Origin: Bacteroidota bacterium
Lineage (GTDB): Bacteria; Bacteroidota; Bacteroidia; Flavobacteriales; Flavobacteriaceae
Length of the DNA: 41,254 nt
NCBI GenBank assembly: GCA_024278565.1
Contig: JAJRSY010000010.1
Coordinates: 1 to 41,254 of the forward strand
Reading direction: 5' to 3'
In this document: in pieces, positions 25,799 to 34,463 of the stretch
Layout of the letters: each line of letters starts with the position of its first letter
Numbering within the stretch: position 1 is the first letter of the stretch
Notes under the pieces: generated by a model
Databases searched by the model: none
What the model saw: the letters and a program-made list of their open reading frames with translations, nothing else
What the model was told of the DNA's origin: nothing
Program-made: the position numbers and the translations under genes

Positions 25799-28054
25799 TT
25801 ATCGGTTCAAGTATAGTCTGCCCTGTATTGGTTCAGCCCCTTCTTTGTTGTAATTGATTACATAGAAGTAAACGCCATTTGGTGCTGTGCCGTTATTGGT
25901 CTCACCGTTCCATGAGGGATTGTTGATGTCGCCTTTGAACAGCGATATTCCATATCGGTTTAAGATCTCTAAGGTGAAATCAGGAAAGATTATCTCTATA
26001 TTGGGTATAAAGAAGACATCGTTTCGCCCATCACCGTTGGGCGAGAACCCGTCAGGAATAAAAAAATCATATTCTACTGGGTCACAGTGCGAAAGATCTA
26101 CCGTTACCGCAACTCGTGCTGAAAGAATACAACCAGTAATAGGGTCATAGCTCTCGGCATAATACATGGTATCGGTAACCAAAGGTTCTGAAGCTGACAG
26201 GGCGTTTCCGTTTTCGGGTTGATCGTACCAAATAACATCAAAGTTTGATACCTCTTCTAAAGCGATAAGGTCTTCTACGGTGGGGTTGTCCAAAGCACAT
26301 GCCTCAAGTGTCGTAAACTGTAGCGAGGCAGAATCCACTCCCACTACGGTAGGGGTTACCATAATCTTGTTTGTACTTTCACACCCTCCATCATACAGCA
26401 GGGTTGCATAATAGGTTGTACCATCAACAAGGGCTGAAGTGTCTGCAAGACTATTTCCGCCAGTGGGTGCATCAAACCAGGTTATGGTTCCAGTACCGTC
26501 ACCGGTTATGGCCAAATTGGCCAAGGTCGGGTTGTCAGAAGCACAGAATAATGGACTAATATCGGTTGTTGTAGGATCTGTTGGGGTAATTAAAGTAACC
26601 TGTACTCTTGTTCTTACAGCTACTACACAAGAATTGCTAGGATCGCTACTGCTAAGAAAGTAATCTTCACCATTAACTAAAGGTGTTGTTGCAGGCAATT
26701 GGGCCGCACTTGTCATAGTATCGAAGAAAACCACATTGCCTGTTGATGTTATTCCGATATCCGCAAGAGTAGGCTCTGTGCCACCGAATAAATTGGTGCA
26801 AAACGTTTGGTTGGCCTCAGCTTGAATAGTAGGTGGTCCGTCAATATCTAAAACACTAAAAGTGGTCTGTGGTGTTGTGGCAAGATCACAAAACAACGTA
26901 CCCGCTGGGCTTGTAATGCCAATGACAGTTAAGTCCATCGTTTCGTTCAAGGGCACTTGTGCCGGTAGGGTCATGGTAAAGGTACCCGTACCCCCATTTA
27001 AATTAGAACTAGCGGTCAGCGTATAGTTGCCATTGCTGGCAGCAACAAGGTATTCGATATCGTAGGTGCCATCTGCCACAAGATTATCGTCATATTCAAT
27101 ATTTACGATATAGGGCGTACCTGAACAGTAATCAGTCGCTGAAATGGTAGCTTCGAAAACGGCCTCTATTGTAAAAGATACCGATATAGTGGCAATGTCA
27201 CAGACAAAATTTGAGGGCAGTATCTCATAATCATAGGTATAGGTGCCTGTACCGGAGTTGTTGTAGATATCCTGTAAATCGATAAACCTGTTGGGTAGGT
27301 CCACATCGTTCTGGCTCCAAGTACCATTTATGTCCTCGCCATTTAAAAGCTGGTTCAAATTATAATTGGTCAAGGTCGAAAAATCCTCATCGGCGCAAAA
27401 TACCGTTTCAACAGGTGTGCCCACCGTTGGTAGTTTATGCACTTCAAGAATTATGGTCGCTTGCCTGCTCGGGCAGGTGTCAACCGCATCAACAGTGTAC
27501 AGAAAAGTATATTCTCCGGGGTCTACCTGGGTAGCATCAAAGATGTTGTCATTCAAGAAGCCAGTGGGTGCAGCTTCGCTCCAAGTGCCATTGAAATCTT
27601 GAACTTGGCCACTAATGTTACTTCCAAGAAAACTGTATAGGTTTAGATCATTCTCATCGTTACAGGCATTTGCACCACCATTTATATTGTCCGCACCAGG
27701 ATAACCACCTAGCATGATCGTAACTATGGCAGACTCGCCACATGCCGTATTGGTATATTGAAATTCATGTGCACCAAAGCGGTTTATGACCCAAAGATCG
27801 ACGATTCCTGTGGCTTCGTCCAATGCTGATGTGTTAGCCCCTGAAACGGCCATCCATGTGCCGCCGGTTGTTGGGGCTCCACCCAAGCTGGTAAAAAGGT
27901 CAAAGGTTCTTGTGGCTACATCTTGGTCTTTGTTACAAACTGTAACTGTATTGTCGGTTCCCGCACATTGTGCAGCAAGATCGGTGGAAAGGCCAAGTAG
28001 GAAAAAGAACGCCATATACTGAAATATGGATTTAATATTTTTTTGGCTGATCAT
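25799..28054 (-). CDS. T9SS cargo with type-B CTD (gliding motility-associated C-terminal domain), adhesin-like
   Basis: C-terminal IPDGFSPNGDGRND...NRYG...W...GVYFY; three Thr-rich Ig-like repeats (PTLADI...LVNG..YF). Start is uncertain (28054 or 28102). Confidence 0.88.
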   Translation of the reverse strand: MISQKNIKSIFQYMAFFFLLGLSTDLAAQCAGTDNTVTVCNKDQDVATRTFDLFTSLGGAPTTGGTWMAVSGANTSALDEATGIVDLWVINRFGAHEFQYTNTACGESAIVTIMLGGYPGADNINGGANACNDENDLNLYSFLGSNISGQVQDFNGTWSEAAPTGFLNDNIFDATQVDPGEYTFLYTVDAVDTCPSRQATIILEVHKLPTVGTPVETVFCADEDFSTLTNYNLNQLLNGEDINGTWSQNDVDLPNRFIDLQDIYNNSGTGTYTYDYEILPSNFVCDIATISVSFTIEAVFEATISATDYCSGTPYIVNIEYDDNLVADGTYDIEYLVAASNGNYTLTASSNLNGGTGTFTMTLPAQVPLNETMDLTVIGITSPAGTLFCDLATTPQTTFSVLDIDGPPTIQAEANQTFCTNLFGGTEPTLADIGITSTGNVVFFDTMTSAAQLPATTPLVNGEDYFLSSSDPSNSCVVAVRTRVQVTLITPTDPTTTDISPLFCASDNPTLANLAITGDGTGTITWFDAPTGGNSLADTSALVDGTTYYATLLYDGGCESTNKIMVTPTVVGVDSASLQFTTLEACALDNPTVEDLIALEEVSNFDVIWYDQPENGNALSASEPLVTDTMYYAESYDPITGCILSARVAVTVDLSHCDPVEYDFFIPDGFSPNGDGRNDVFFIPNIEIIFPDFTLEILNRYGISLFKGDINNPSWNGETNNGTAPNGVYFYVINYNKEGAEPIQGRLYLNR

Positions 28055-28299
28055 TTTGTTCGGTTTAATAATTGTTTTTTTCAACAGCATATATTTTTTC
28101 AAAAGTATTTTTAGTATTTGGTTTGTTGAAAATATTGTTGTGAAAAGGCTTGTTTTAAGTGTGAATGGATGAAAACATGTTAAAAACGGTGGTTTAAAAG
28201 ATGTATTTTGCCGAACATATTGGTATTTTGACAGATGTTAATTCGGGCATTTTCTGATTTTACCAGCAATCGTATTGCCCCAAAAAAGAGATCAATACC

Positions 28300-28307
28300 T
28301 ATCTTTG
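28300..28307 (+). promoter_or_regulatory. Bacteroidota -7 promoter box
   Basis: TATCTTTG, 16 nt before ATG 28324. Confidence 0.55.
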
Positions 28308-28323
28308 GAGGCTAAAACAGTTT

Positions 28324-29679
28324 ATGCGAATACACTTTATAGCCATAGGGGGTAGTGCGATGCACAATCTTGCCTTGGCCCTGCACCATAAAAAGTATAC
28401 CATTACCGGAAGCGATGACGTTATTTTTGAGCCTTCAAAAACCAGATTAAGCGCCAAAGGCCTGTTTCCCGAAAGCTTTGGTTGGTTTCCCGAGAAAATA
28501 CATACGGGTTTGGATGCCGTGATTCTTGGTATGCATGCCAAAGCCGATAACCCCGAACTGATAAGGGCTCAAGAATTGGGGGTGACGATTTACTCCTACC
28601 CAGAGTTTTTGTACGAGCAGTCTAAAAACAAGACTCGGGTGGTCATAGGCGGTAGTCATGGCAAAACCACCATAACCTCAATGATACTGCATGTGCTCAA
28701 ATACCATGACAGGGCCGTTGATTTTATGGTAGGTGCCCAATTAGATGGGTTTGACCGTATGGTTCACCTGACCGAAGAAAATGATTTTATTATTCTGGAA
28801 GGAGACGAGTATCTATCATCACCCATTGACAGAAGGCCCAAATTTCATTTGTACAAGCCCAATATTGCTTTGTTAAGCGGAATTGCATGGGATCATATCA
28901 ACGTATTTCCAACCTTCGATAACTATGTAGAACAGTTTAAGGTATTCGTTGATAGCATTGTAAAAGGAGGCAGTATCACCTATAATATAGAAGACCCCGA
29001 GGTACGAAAGGTGGTGGAGGCTTCGGAAAACGCAATTCGTAAATTGCCCTATCAAACACCCGAGTACTCGGTAGAAAAGAGGCAAACCCTATTAAAAACA
29101 CCCGAAGGCTCTATGCCCATTGAAGTTTTCGGTAAGCACAATCTGAGTAATTTGGCAGGTGCAAAATGGATCTGCCAGAACATGGGTATTGATGAAGATG
29201 ATTTTTATGAGGCCATTGCCACCTTTAAGGGCGCTTCAAAACGGTTGGAAAAGATTGCCGAAGGCAAAACGAGTGTCGCCTATAAAGATTTTGCCCATTC
29301 GCCGAGCAAGGTGGCGGCAACTACAAAAGCCACTAAAGAACAATACCCCAATAGAAAACTGATTGCGTGTTTAGAGTTGCATACTTATAGTAGTTTTAAT
29401 CCTGAATTTTTGAAGGAATACAAAGGGACTTTAGACGATGCCGATGTTGCAGTGGTGTTTTATTTGCCCGAATCGGTCAAAATAAAGAAATTAAAGAAAG
29501 TGACCCCAGAACAAATTTCAAGGGCTTTTGATCGTGATGATCTGCAGATTTTCACCGATGCCGTTGCATTTAAAGACCATCTCTACGGTCAAGATTTTGA
29601 TAATTCGGTATTGCTGCTCATGAGTTCGGGAAATTACGGGGGGCTTGATCTAGAGGAGGTAAAGAAAAAAATACAATAG
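28324..29679 (+). CDS. Mur ligase, MurC/Mpl-like (likely murein peptide ligase)
   Basis: IHFIAIGGSAM, GSHGKTT, EGDEY, WDHIN, DFAHSP, MSSGNYGG. Confidence 0.88.
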   Translation: MRIHFIAIGGSAMHNLALALHHKKYTITGSDDVIFEPSKTRLSAKGLFPESFGWFPEKIHTGLDAVILGMHAKADNPELIRAQELGVTIYSYPEFLYEQSKNKTRVVIGGSHGKTTITSMILHVLKYHDRAVDFMVGAQLDGFDRMVHLTEENDFIILEGDEYLSSPIDRRPKFHLYKPNIALLSGIAWDHINVFPTFDNYVEQFKVFVDSIVKGGSITYNIEDPEVRKVVEASENAIRKLPYQTPEYSVEKRQTLLKTPEGSMPIEVFGKHNLSNLAGAKWICQNMGIDEDDFYEAIATFKGASKRLEKIAEGKTSVAYKDFAHSPSKVAATTKATKEQYPNRKLIACLELHTYSSFNPEFLKEYKGTLDDADVAVVFYLPESVKIKKLKKVTPEQISRAFDRDDLQIFTDAVAFKDHLYGQDFDNSVLLLMSSGNYGGLDLEEVKKKIQ

Positions 29680-29856
29680 AGGTCAGTAGATAAGTACATA
29701 GGCAAGATTAATTATCAGTTATTTATAGCTTGTAATTTTGTCCGTTCGAGCGCAGTCGAGAACTATACGCAATTCTAAAAAGGTCTCGACTGCGCTCGAC
29801 CAGACAGTTGGCCACAAAACCAATGAAAAAAGCAAGTAGCTAACTACTGACCTCTA
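29677..29856. mobile_element. 180 bp MITE with target-site duplication and internal REP doublet
   Basis: TIR TAGAGGTCAGTAG / CTACTGACCTCTA, flanked by AAATACAA (29669-29676 and 29857-29864); internal TCGAGCGCAGTCGAGA...TCTCGACTGCGCTCGA. Confidence 0.85.
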
Positions 29857-29877
29857 AAATACAATTTTGATTTTTTT

Positions 29878-30321
29878 TCAAACCCCAAATTGCCTTAGGT
29901 GATGATCCAAATGTTCGTACTGCATCTTGCCCCATTGTTCTTTTGTAAATGACCCGAATATGGGGTGCGGGTTCCATTGTTCCCTTTCTTTGACCGCATA
30001 AAGATCTTGTGCCAGTTGATTTAAGATTTTACGTTCTTTATTAAAATCTTTTGCTTCTTTAGCCTTTAGTTGCGGAGCGGTAGGCAGGTTTTTTCGCCAA
30101 GGTTTATCACTGTACATTGATTTTTTAAAAAACCATCGGGCGAGCAAACTTCCTTTTTTTTGAGTTTTTTTGTTTTTAACAGCTGTTAGTATGGGCAACT
30201 GACAATGCCAAACCATTTGCCCAACGGTCATTTTACCCCATTTTCGTTGTGAGGTCTCGTTTAAAAGACCAATGCGTTTTACGAGCTCATTGTAGGCCCC
30301 GTCTTCAAAAATAGATTTCAT
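29878..30321 (-). CDS. DUF1569 / DinB-like protein
   Basis: WGKMTVGQMVWHC, HPIFG...W...HLDHHLRQFGV. True start ATG 30321 (MKSIF). Confidence 0.85.
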   Translation of the reverse strand: MKSIFEDGAYNELVKRIGLLNETSQRKWGKMTVGQMVWHCQLPILTAVKNKKTQKKGSLLARWFFKKSMYSDKPWRKNLPTAPQLKAKEAKDFNKERKILNQLAQDLYAVKEREQWNPHPIFGSFTKEQWGKMQYEHLDHHLRQFGV

Positions 30322-30385
30322 AACTGTGAATTTATATGCGGTTGAATTTACAATAAAAACGAATTTTACACCTACAGGTAGGCTG

Positions 30386-30493
30386 GTTTGTGCACGGGAA
30401 TATTTTGTAGTGAGTTCAGGAACAATAACAGATGAAATGATAATGGAATATATAGAAAAACGGGATATTGAGGATAAAGAAGGGAATTTGTAA
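30386..30493 (+). pseudogene. C-terminal remnant of IS200/IS605 TnpA (Y1 HUH transposase)
   Basis: Translates VCAREYFVVSSGTITDEMIMEYIEKRDIEDKEGNL*, matching the W-x-R-G-Y-F...Y-I-x-x-Q tail of Y1 transposases with decay. Not in the ORF track. Confidence 0.8.
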
Positions 30494-30508
30494 GGTTTCA
30501 GGGGAATA

Positions 30509-30566
30509 ACTTTAGCCACCTTATGGGCGGAAATAAAATCTACCGGCTTGTAGTCGGTAGTAGTTG
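30509..30566 (+). mobile_element. IS200-type right end
   Basis: ACTTTAGCC... then CTACCGGCT-tgt-AGTCGGTAG-TAGTTG directly after the TnpA remnant. Confidence 0.65.
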
Positions 30567-30597
30567 AGCTAATCCTCTTTTTTAGCTGGATCTTGGT

Positions 30598-30888
30598 TTA
30601 ATACCTTCTTTTTCCTCTATTATTATCCTCTTGTTTTTTCCATTCAATATATTCTTTATGGTCTTTTTGATAAAAATAATACTCTTTTGCTATTGTAATA
30701 AATAGTAAACCAAAAAATATAAAAATATAATAGGTTTTACTTTTAATTAGAGTATTTATGATAAAATACAGAAGGATGATTGCAACTATAATTAAGATTG
30801 TTCTTATAAAGTTATAGATTTCTGAAAACCACTGACTACTTGATAAGTATTCTGTATGATATATTCGTAAGCATAATACAATGAACAA
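30598..30888 (-). CDS. Small AT-rich membrane protein, possibly 5'-truncated
   Basis: 96 aa with 2-3 hydrophobic segments and a TTG start. The frame stays open upstream into repeats with no ATG. Confidence 0.4.
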   Translation of the reverse strand: MFIVLCLRIYHTEYLSSSQWFSEIYNFIRTILIIVAIILLYFIINTLIKSKTYYIFIFFGLLFITIAKEYYFYQKDHKEYIEWKKQEDNNRGKRRY

Positions 30889-30907
30889 TATGATTTTTAA
30901 GATAAAA

Positions 30908-30946
30908 AATAAACCACTATGGATTTCTAATCCATAGTGGTTTATT
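30908..30946. repeat. Perfect 18 bp-arm palindrome
   Basis: AATAAACCACTATGGATT-tct-AATCCATAGTGGTTTATT. Confidence 0.85.
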
Positions 30947-30964
30947 CTTTGTTCTTTCAGCGAA

Positions 30965-31019
30965 CCTGCCTGGCCGGCAGGCAGGGCGGTCTTTTATCCC
31001 TGCCTGCCGGACAGGCAGG
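30965..31019. repeat. Pair of CCTGCCTG-N5-CAGGCAGG palindromes
   Basis: Copies at 30965-30985 and 30999-31019. Confidence 0.8.
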
Positions 31020-31090
31020 TTTTGTCGGACAATACTGTATTATAACCATTAATTGTTCGCTAACGATCAACAAATACCTATTTTTAATGT

Positions 31091-31789
31091 ATGCAAGAAA
31101 AACCGACATCACTCTCAATAAAACACTGGTCAGATGATGACAAGCCAAGGGAGAAACTGGTTCGAAAAGGAAAATCGGTTTTGTCAGATGCAGAGCTCAT
31201 TGCCATTTTGATCGGTTCGGGCAGCAGAAATGAGAGTGCCGTAGAACTTTCGAAGCGTATTTTGGCGTCAGTTGACAACAACCTAAATAATCTTGGGAAA
31301 CTTTCTATAAACCAGTTGATGCAGTTCAAGGGCATAGGTGAGGCAAAGGCCGTAACCATCGCCGCCGCTCTCGAAATGGGGAGGCGTAGAAGGGGCGAGG
31401 AAGCCCAAAAGATAACCAAGATAAATAGCAGTGCTGATGTCTTTGAGTTATTGCAGCCCATTGTAGGAGAACTTGAACACGAAGAGTTTTGGATCGTCTA
31501 TCTGAACAACTCGAACAAGGTACTGCATACCGCCCAATTGAGCAAGGGCGGAATTACAGGCACTTTGGTCGATGTACGTTTGGTAATGAGACAAGCATTA
31601 GAGCTTGGTGCAATTGCACTGGTCTTGGCGCACAACCACCCCTCGGGAACCTTAAAGCCCAGCGAGGCCGATAAGCAGATCACCCACAGATTAAAAGCCG
31701 CCGCCGCCGCTCTTGACATAAAAATTTTGGATCATTTGATCATTACCCAAAAGGATTATTTTAGCTTTGCCGATGAAAAATTGCTTTGA
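31091..31789 (+). CDS. radC: RadC (JAB/MPN) family protein
   Basis: PREKL, LSDAELIAIL, HhH GIGEAKA, AHNHPSG..PS.AD, LDHLI. Confidence 0.95.
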   Translation: MQEKPTSLSIKHWSDDDKPREKLVRKGKSVLSDAELIAILIGSGSRNESAVELSKRILASVDNNLNNLGKLSINQLMQFKGIGEAKAVTIAAALEMGRRRRGEEAQKITKINSSADVFELLQPIVGELEHEEFWIVYLNNSNKVLHTAQLSKGGITGTLVDVRLVMRQALELGAIALVLAHNHPSGTLKPSEADKQITHRLKAAAAALDIKILDHLIITQKDYFSFADEKLL

Positions 31790-31868
31790 GAGAAGTTGTA
31801 ATTTGGTCTGATAATTTGTTAACCTTCCAGATACAAAAAAAGGAACTTCTTGTTTTGAAATTATAGCT

Positions 31869-33164
31869 ATGTTACTCATTTATACTCATAAAATAACCCC
31901 TCGTTTCAGTTATACCATGAAACAACTATTCACTCGAATATTGGGTATTGAGGTTGCTTTTACCACCAAGGTCGAAAACTTTATTAAACATTCGGGTGCC
32001 AAAATCACTTATACCAAACAGCCTTTGCAGAACGAGTTTTTTATTCGTAGCAACGACCTATTGTTCGAACAAGGTATCAATGACCTGCATATAAATATTG
32101 GGAATTGGGAGGGGGTTCCCTGTTTTTTTTCAACAGGCGAGCGTAGTGCTGTTCCTTTTGATGTTTTTTCGGCCAGTTTTTATTTATTGAGTCGTTATGA
32201 GGAGTATTTACCCCATGTAAAAGATGAGCACGGTAGGTTTTCCCCAAAAGATAGTATTGGGTATCAGAATGGCTTTTTACACCGCCCTGTGGTTGATTTG
32301 TGGGCATTAAAGTTGCTTAACAAACTCGAAGAGCGCTTTCCTGATATAATACGAAAGAAAAAAAAGTATGCCTATACCTCGTTGATTGACGTGACAACTT
32401 CACATTGCTTTGCATACCGGGGTTTGGTTAGGGGCGTTGCCGGTTTCTTCTTGGATCTGGGATCGCTGAAGTTAAAACGGGTAGTAAACCGAATTCAGGT
32501 TTGGTTCGATCCCAAAAGGGATCCTTATGATAATTTTTCCTACTTGGTTGAATTGCATAAAAAGTACAAGATTGACAGTATGTTCTTTTTTCAGTTCGCC
32601 GACTATTCTACTTATGACAAAAACGTATCCCCAAACAACAACAAGTTTAAGCACCTGATTAAGTCAATTGCAGACTATAGTGTTGTTGCCCTTACGGCAT
32701 CTTATAGCTCTTTTGGCGACGTCGAATTATTGAAAATCGAGCAAAAAAAATTATCGGCTGTGGTGAACAGGCCTATCAACCATTCAAGAATGCGATACAA
32801 TAGGGTCGATGTGCCCAATACCTATAGAAATTTGGTCGAAGCTGAGTTTACCGATGATTACACCATGGGCTATACCCATGAAATTGGGTTTAGGGCCAGT
32901 ACCTGTACCCCATTTTATCTGTATGATATAAATCTTGAGGTGCAACAACCGATACGGGTGCATCCGTTTGCGGTACATGATTATGCCATAACCCGTTTGA
33001 CTTCAACCAATGAGATAGTCGATAAAATCGGATCTCTTTACCAAGAGGTTAAAAATGTAGAGGGCGACTTTGTAACCGTTTTTTCCAATGAATTACTGGG
33101 GAGTTCGCACAGGGTAGATTGGAAGAACTTGTATGAAACCATTATAAAGAACTACCATGTTTAA
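31869..33164 (+). CDS. Conserved Bacteroidota protein, polysaccharide deacetylase-like fold (degenerate)
   Basis: FYLLSRYEEY, DEHGRF, PVVD, DYTMGY, GFRASTCTPF. Confidence 0.65.
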   Translation: MLLIYTHKITPRFSYTMKQLFTRILGIEVAFTTKVENFIKHSGAKITYTKQPLQNEFFIRSNDLLFEQGINDLHINIGNWEGVPCFFSTGERSAVPFDVFSASFYLLSRYEEYLPHVKDEHGRFSPKDSIGYQNGFLHRPVVDLWALKLLNKLEERFPDIIRKKKKYAYTSLIDVTTSHCFAYRGLVRGVAGFFLDLGSLKLKRVVNRIQVWFDPKRDPYDNFSYLVELHKKYKIDSMFFFQFADYSTYDKNVSPNNNKFKHLIKSIADYSVVALTASYSSFGDVELLKIEQKKLSAVVNRPINHSRMRYNRVDVPNTYRNLVEAEFTDDYTMGYTHEIGFRASTCTPFYLYDINLEVQQPIRVHPFAVHDYAITRLTSTNEIVDKIGSLYQEVKNVEGDFVTVFSNELLGSSHRVDWKNLYETIIKNYHV

Positions 33165-33846
33165 AGACTGGGTTACAGATGTTTTCTTTGATCTTGACCA
33201 CACCCTATGGGATTTCGAGAGGAATTCTGCGCTTACGTTTAAAAAAATATTGATGGAAAACGATGTTAGGGTCGATGTTACTGACTTTCTAAAAGTATAT
33301 GTTCCGTCAAATTTGACTTTTTGGAAGTTGTACAGAGAAAATAAAATCACCAAAGATGAATTGCGCTACCAACGTCTGAAATCGGTTTTTGATAGGTTGG
33401 GCCATACTATTTCTGATGAGAAGATCTATCGATTGGCAGACGAGTATATTTTACATTTAGCTTCTCACAATCACCTTTTTCCGAATACCATAGAAATTCT
33501 TGATTATCTAAAGCCCAAGTATAAGCTGCACATTATTACCAATGGTTTTAATGAAATTCAAACTAAAAAATTAATGAATTCAGGTATCCATGCCTATTTT
33601 GAGCATATTGTCGATTCGGAGATGGCGGGTGTAAAAAAGCCAGATGCGATAATTTTTCAACTTGCCTTGAACAAGGCCAAAGTAACCCCTGATAACGCCT
33701 TGATGATTGGCGATAATCTTGAAGCTGATATATTGGGTGCACAGGCCATTGGCTACCATACCTTACATTTTAATACGCATAATGAAGAGAAACACAACTT
33801 TTGCCCGATGATTCAAGATTTAGGTGAAATAAAAACCTTTTTGTAG
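33157..33846 (+). CDS. yjjG: YjjG-family HAD pyrimidine nucleotidase
   Basis: FFDLDHTLWDF, IITNG, KKP, MIGDNLEADI; overlaps the upstream gene by 8 nt. Confidence 0.88.
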   Translation: MFKDWVTDVFFDLDHTLWDFERNSALTFKKILMENDVRVDVTDFLKVYVPSNLTFWKLYRENKITKDELRYQRLKSVFDRLGHTISDEKIYRLADEYILHLASHNHLFPNTIEILDYLKPKYKLHIITNGFNEIQTKKLMNSGIHAYFEHIVDSEMAGVKKPDAIIFQLALNKAKVTPDNALMIGDNLEADILGAQAIGYHTLHFNTHNEEKHNFCPMIQDLGEIKTFL

Positions 33847-33914
33847 AGTTATAATAATAGCAATAATAGCATTACAACCCTACTCTAATGGTAGGTGAAA
33901 GAAGCTTGGGTCAA

Positions 33915-34463
33915 ATGAAAAGAACTCTCAAATTTGTATTGTCGGGTATACTGTTATCAACGGTATTGCCCTCTTGTGTTGACGAATTGGATTTTGACCA
34001 GTTCGATCAACTTGATATGACCCCAACTTTTGAGGCCAGTATTATATATGTTGAAGCTTCCGAACGTGTCATAAACCTTGTGACCGAGACCAATGTATTT
34101 AACAATGATTTTAATTTCGACGCTTTTAGTGACGATGTCTTTGCGAAGCGAGTTCTTGACGGTGTGGTTACCTACGAGGTTGAGAACACCACTAGCAAGA
34201 ATCTAGAGATTACCGTTGAGTTTTTAGATATCGAAGGAGCTGTTCTTGATGCTGAGGTTTTTACTATGCAAAAGGCGCCAACATTGATTTTACAACGTGA
34301 TATTGCCTATGGCAGTACAGGGCGCAGCATAGATATAATCAAAAACCTTTCTTCAATACGGGTGACTGCCGTCAATTTGGGTGACAATATAAGTACTTCA
34401 AGCTTACCGAGCCCAATGATCACACTTAAATCAAGTGGTAAATTCAGGGTTCGCATCAAATGA
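33915..34463 (+). CDS. Hypothetical lipoprotein
   Basis: MKRTLKFVLSGILLSTVLPS-C lipobox followed by acidic residues; ATGA overlap with the next gene. Confidence 0.75.
   Translation: MKRTLKFVLSGILLSTVLPSCVDELDFDQFDQLDMTPTFEASIIYVEASERVINLVTETNVFNNDFNFDAFSDDVFAKRVLDGVVTYEVENTTSKNLEITVEFLDIEGAVLDAEVFTMQKAPTLILQRDIAYGSTGRSIDIIKNLSSIRVTAVNLGDNISTSSLPSPMITLKSSGKFRVRIK

Noticed and set aside
30322-30519. N-terminal extension of the DUF1569 ORF
   Set aside because: It is the antisense of the IS200 TnpA remnant; the domain begins at MKSIF (30321).
30937-31148. Two short opposing ORFs upstream of radC
   Set aside because: The peptides (PACPAGR, LPAGQAG) are translations of CCTGCC palindromes.
31091-31789. 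radC as a marker of a prophage or ICE
   Set aside because: This is the full-length HhH plus JAB chromosomal type among housekeeping genes; no phage or conjugation genes are nearby.
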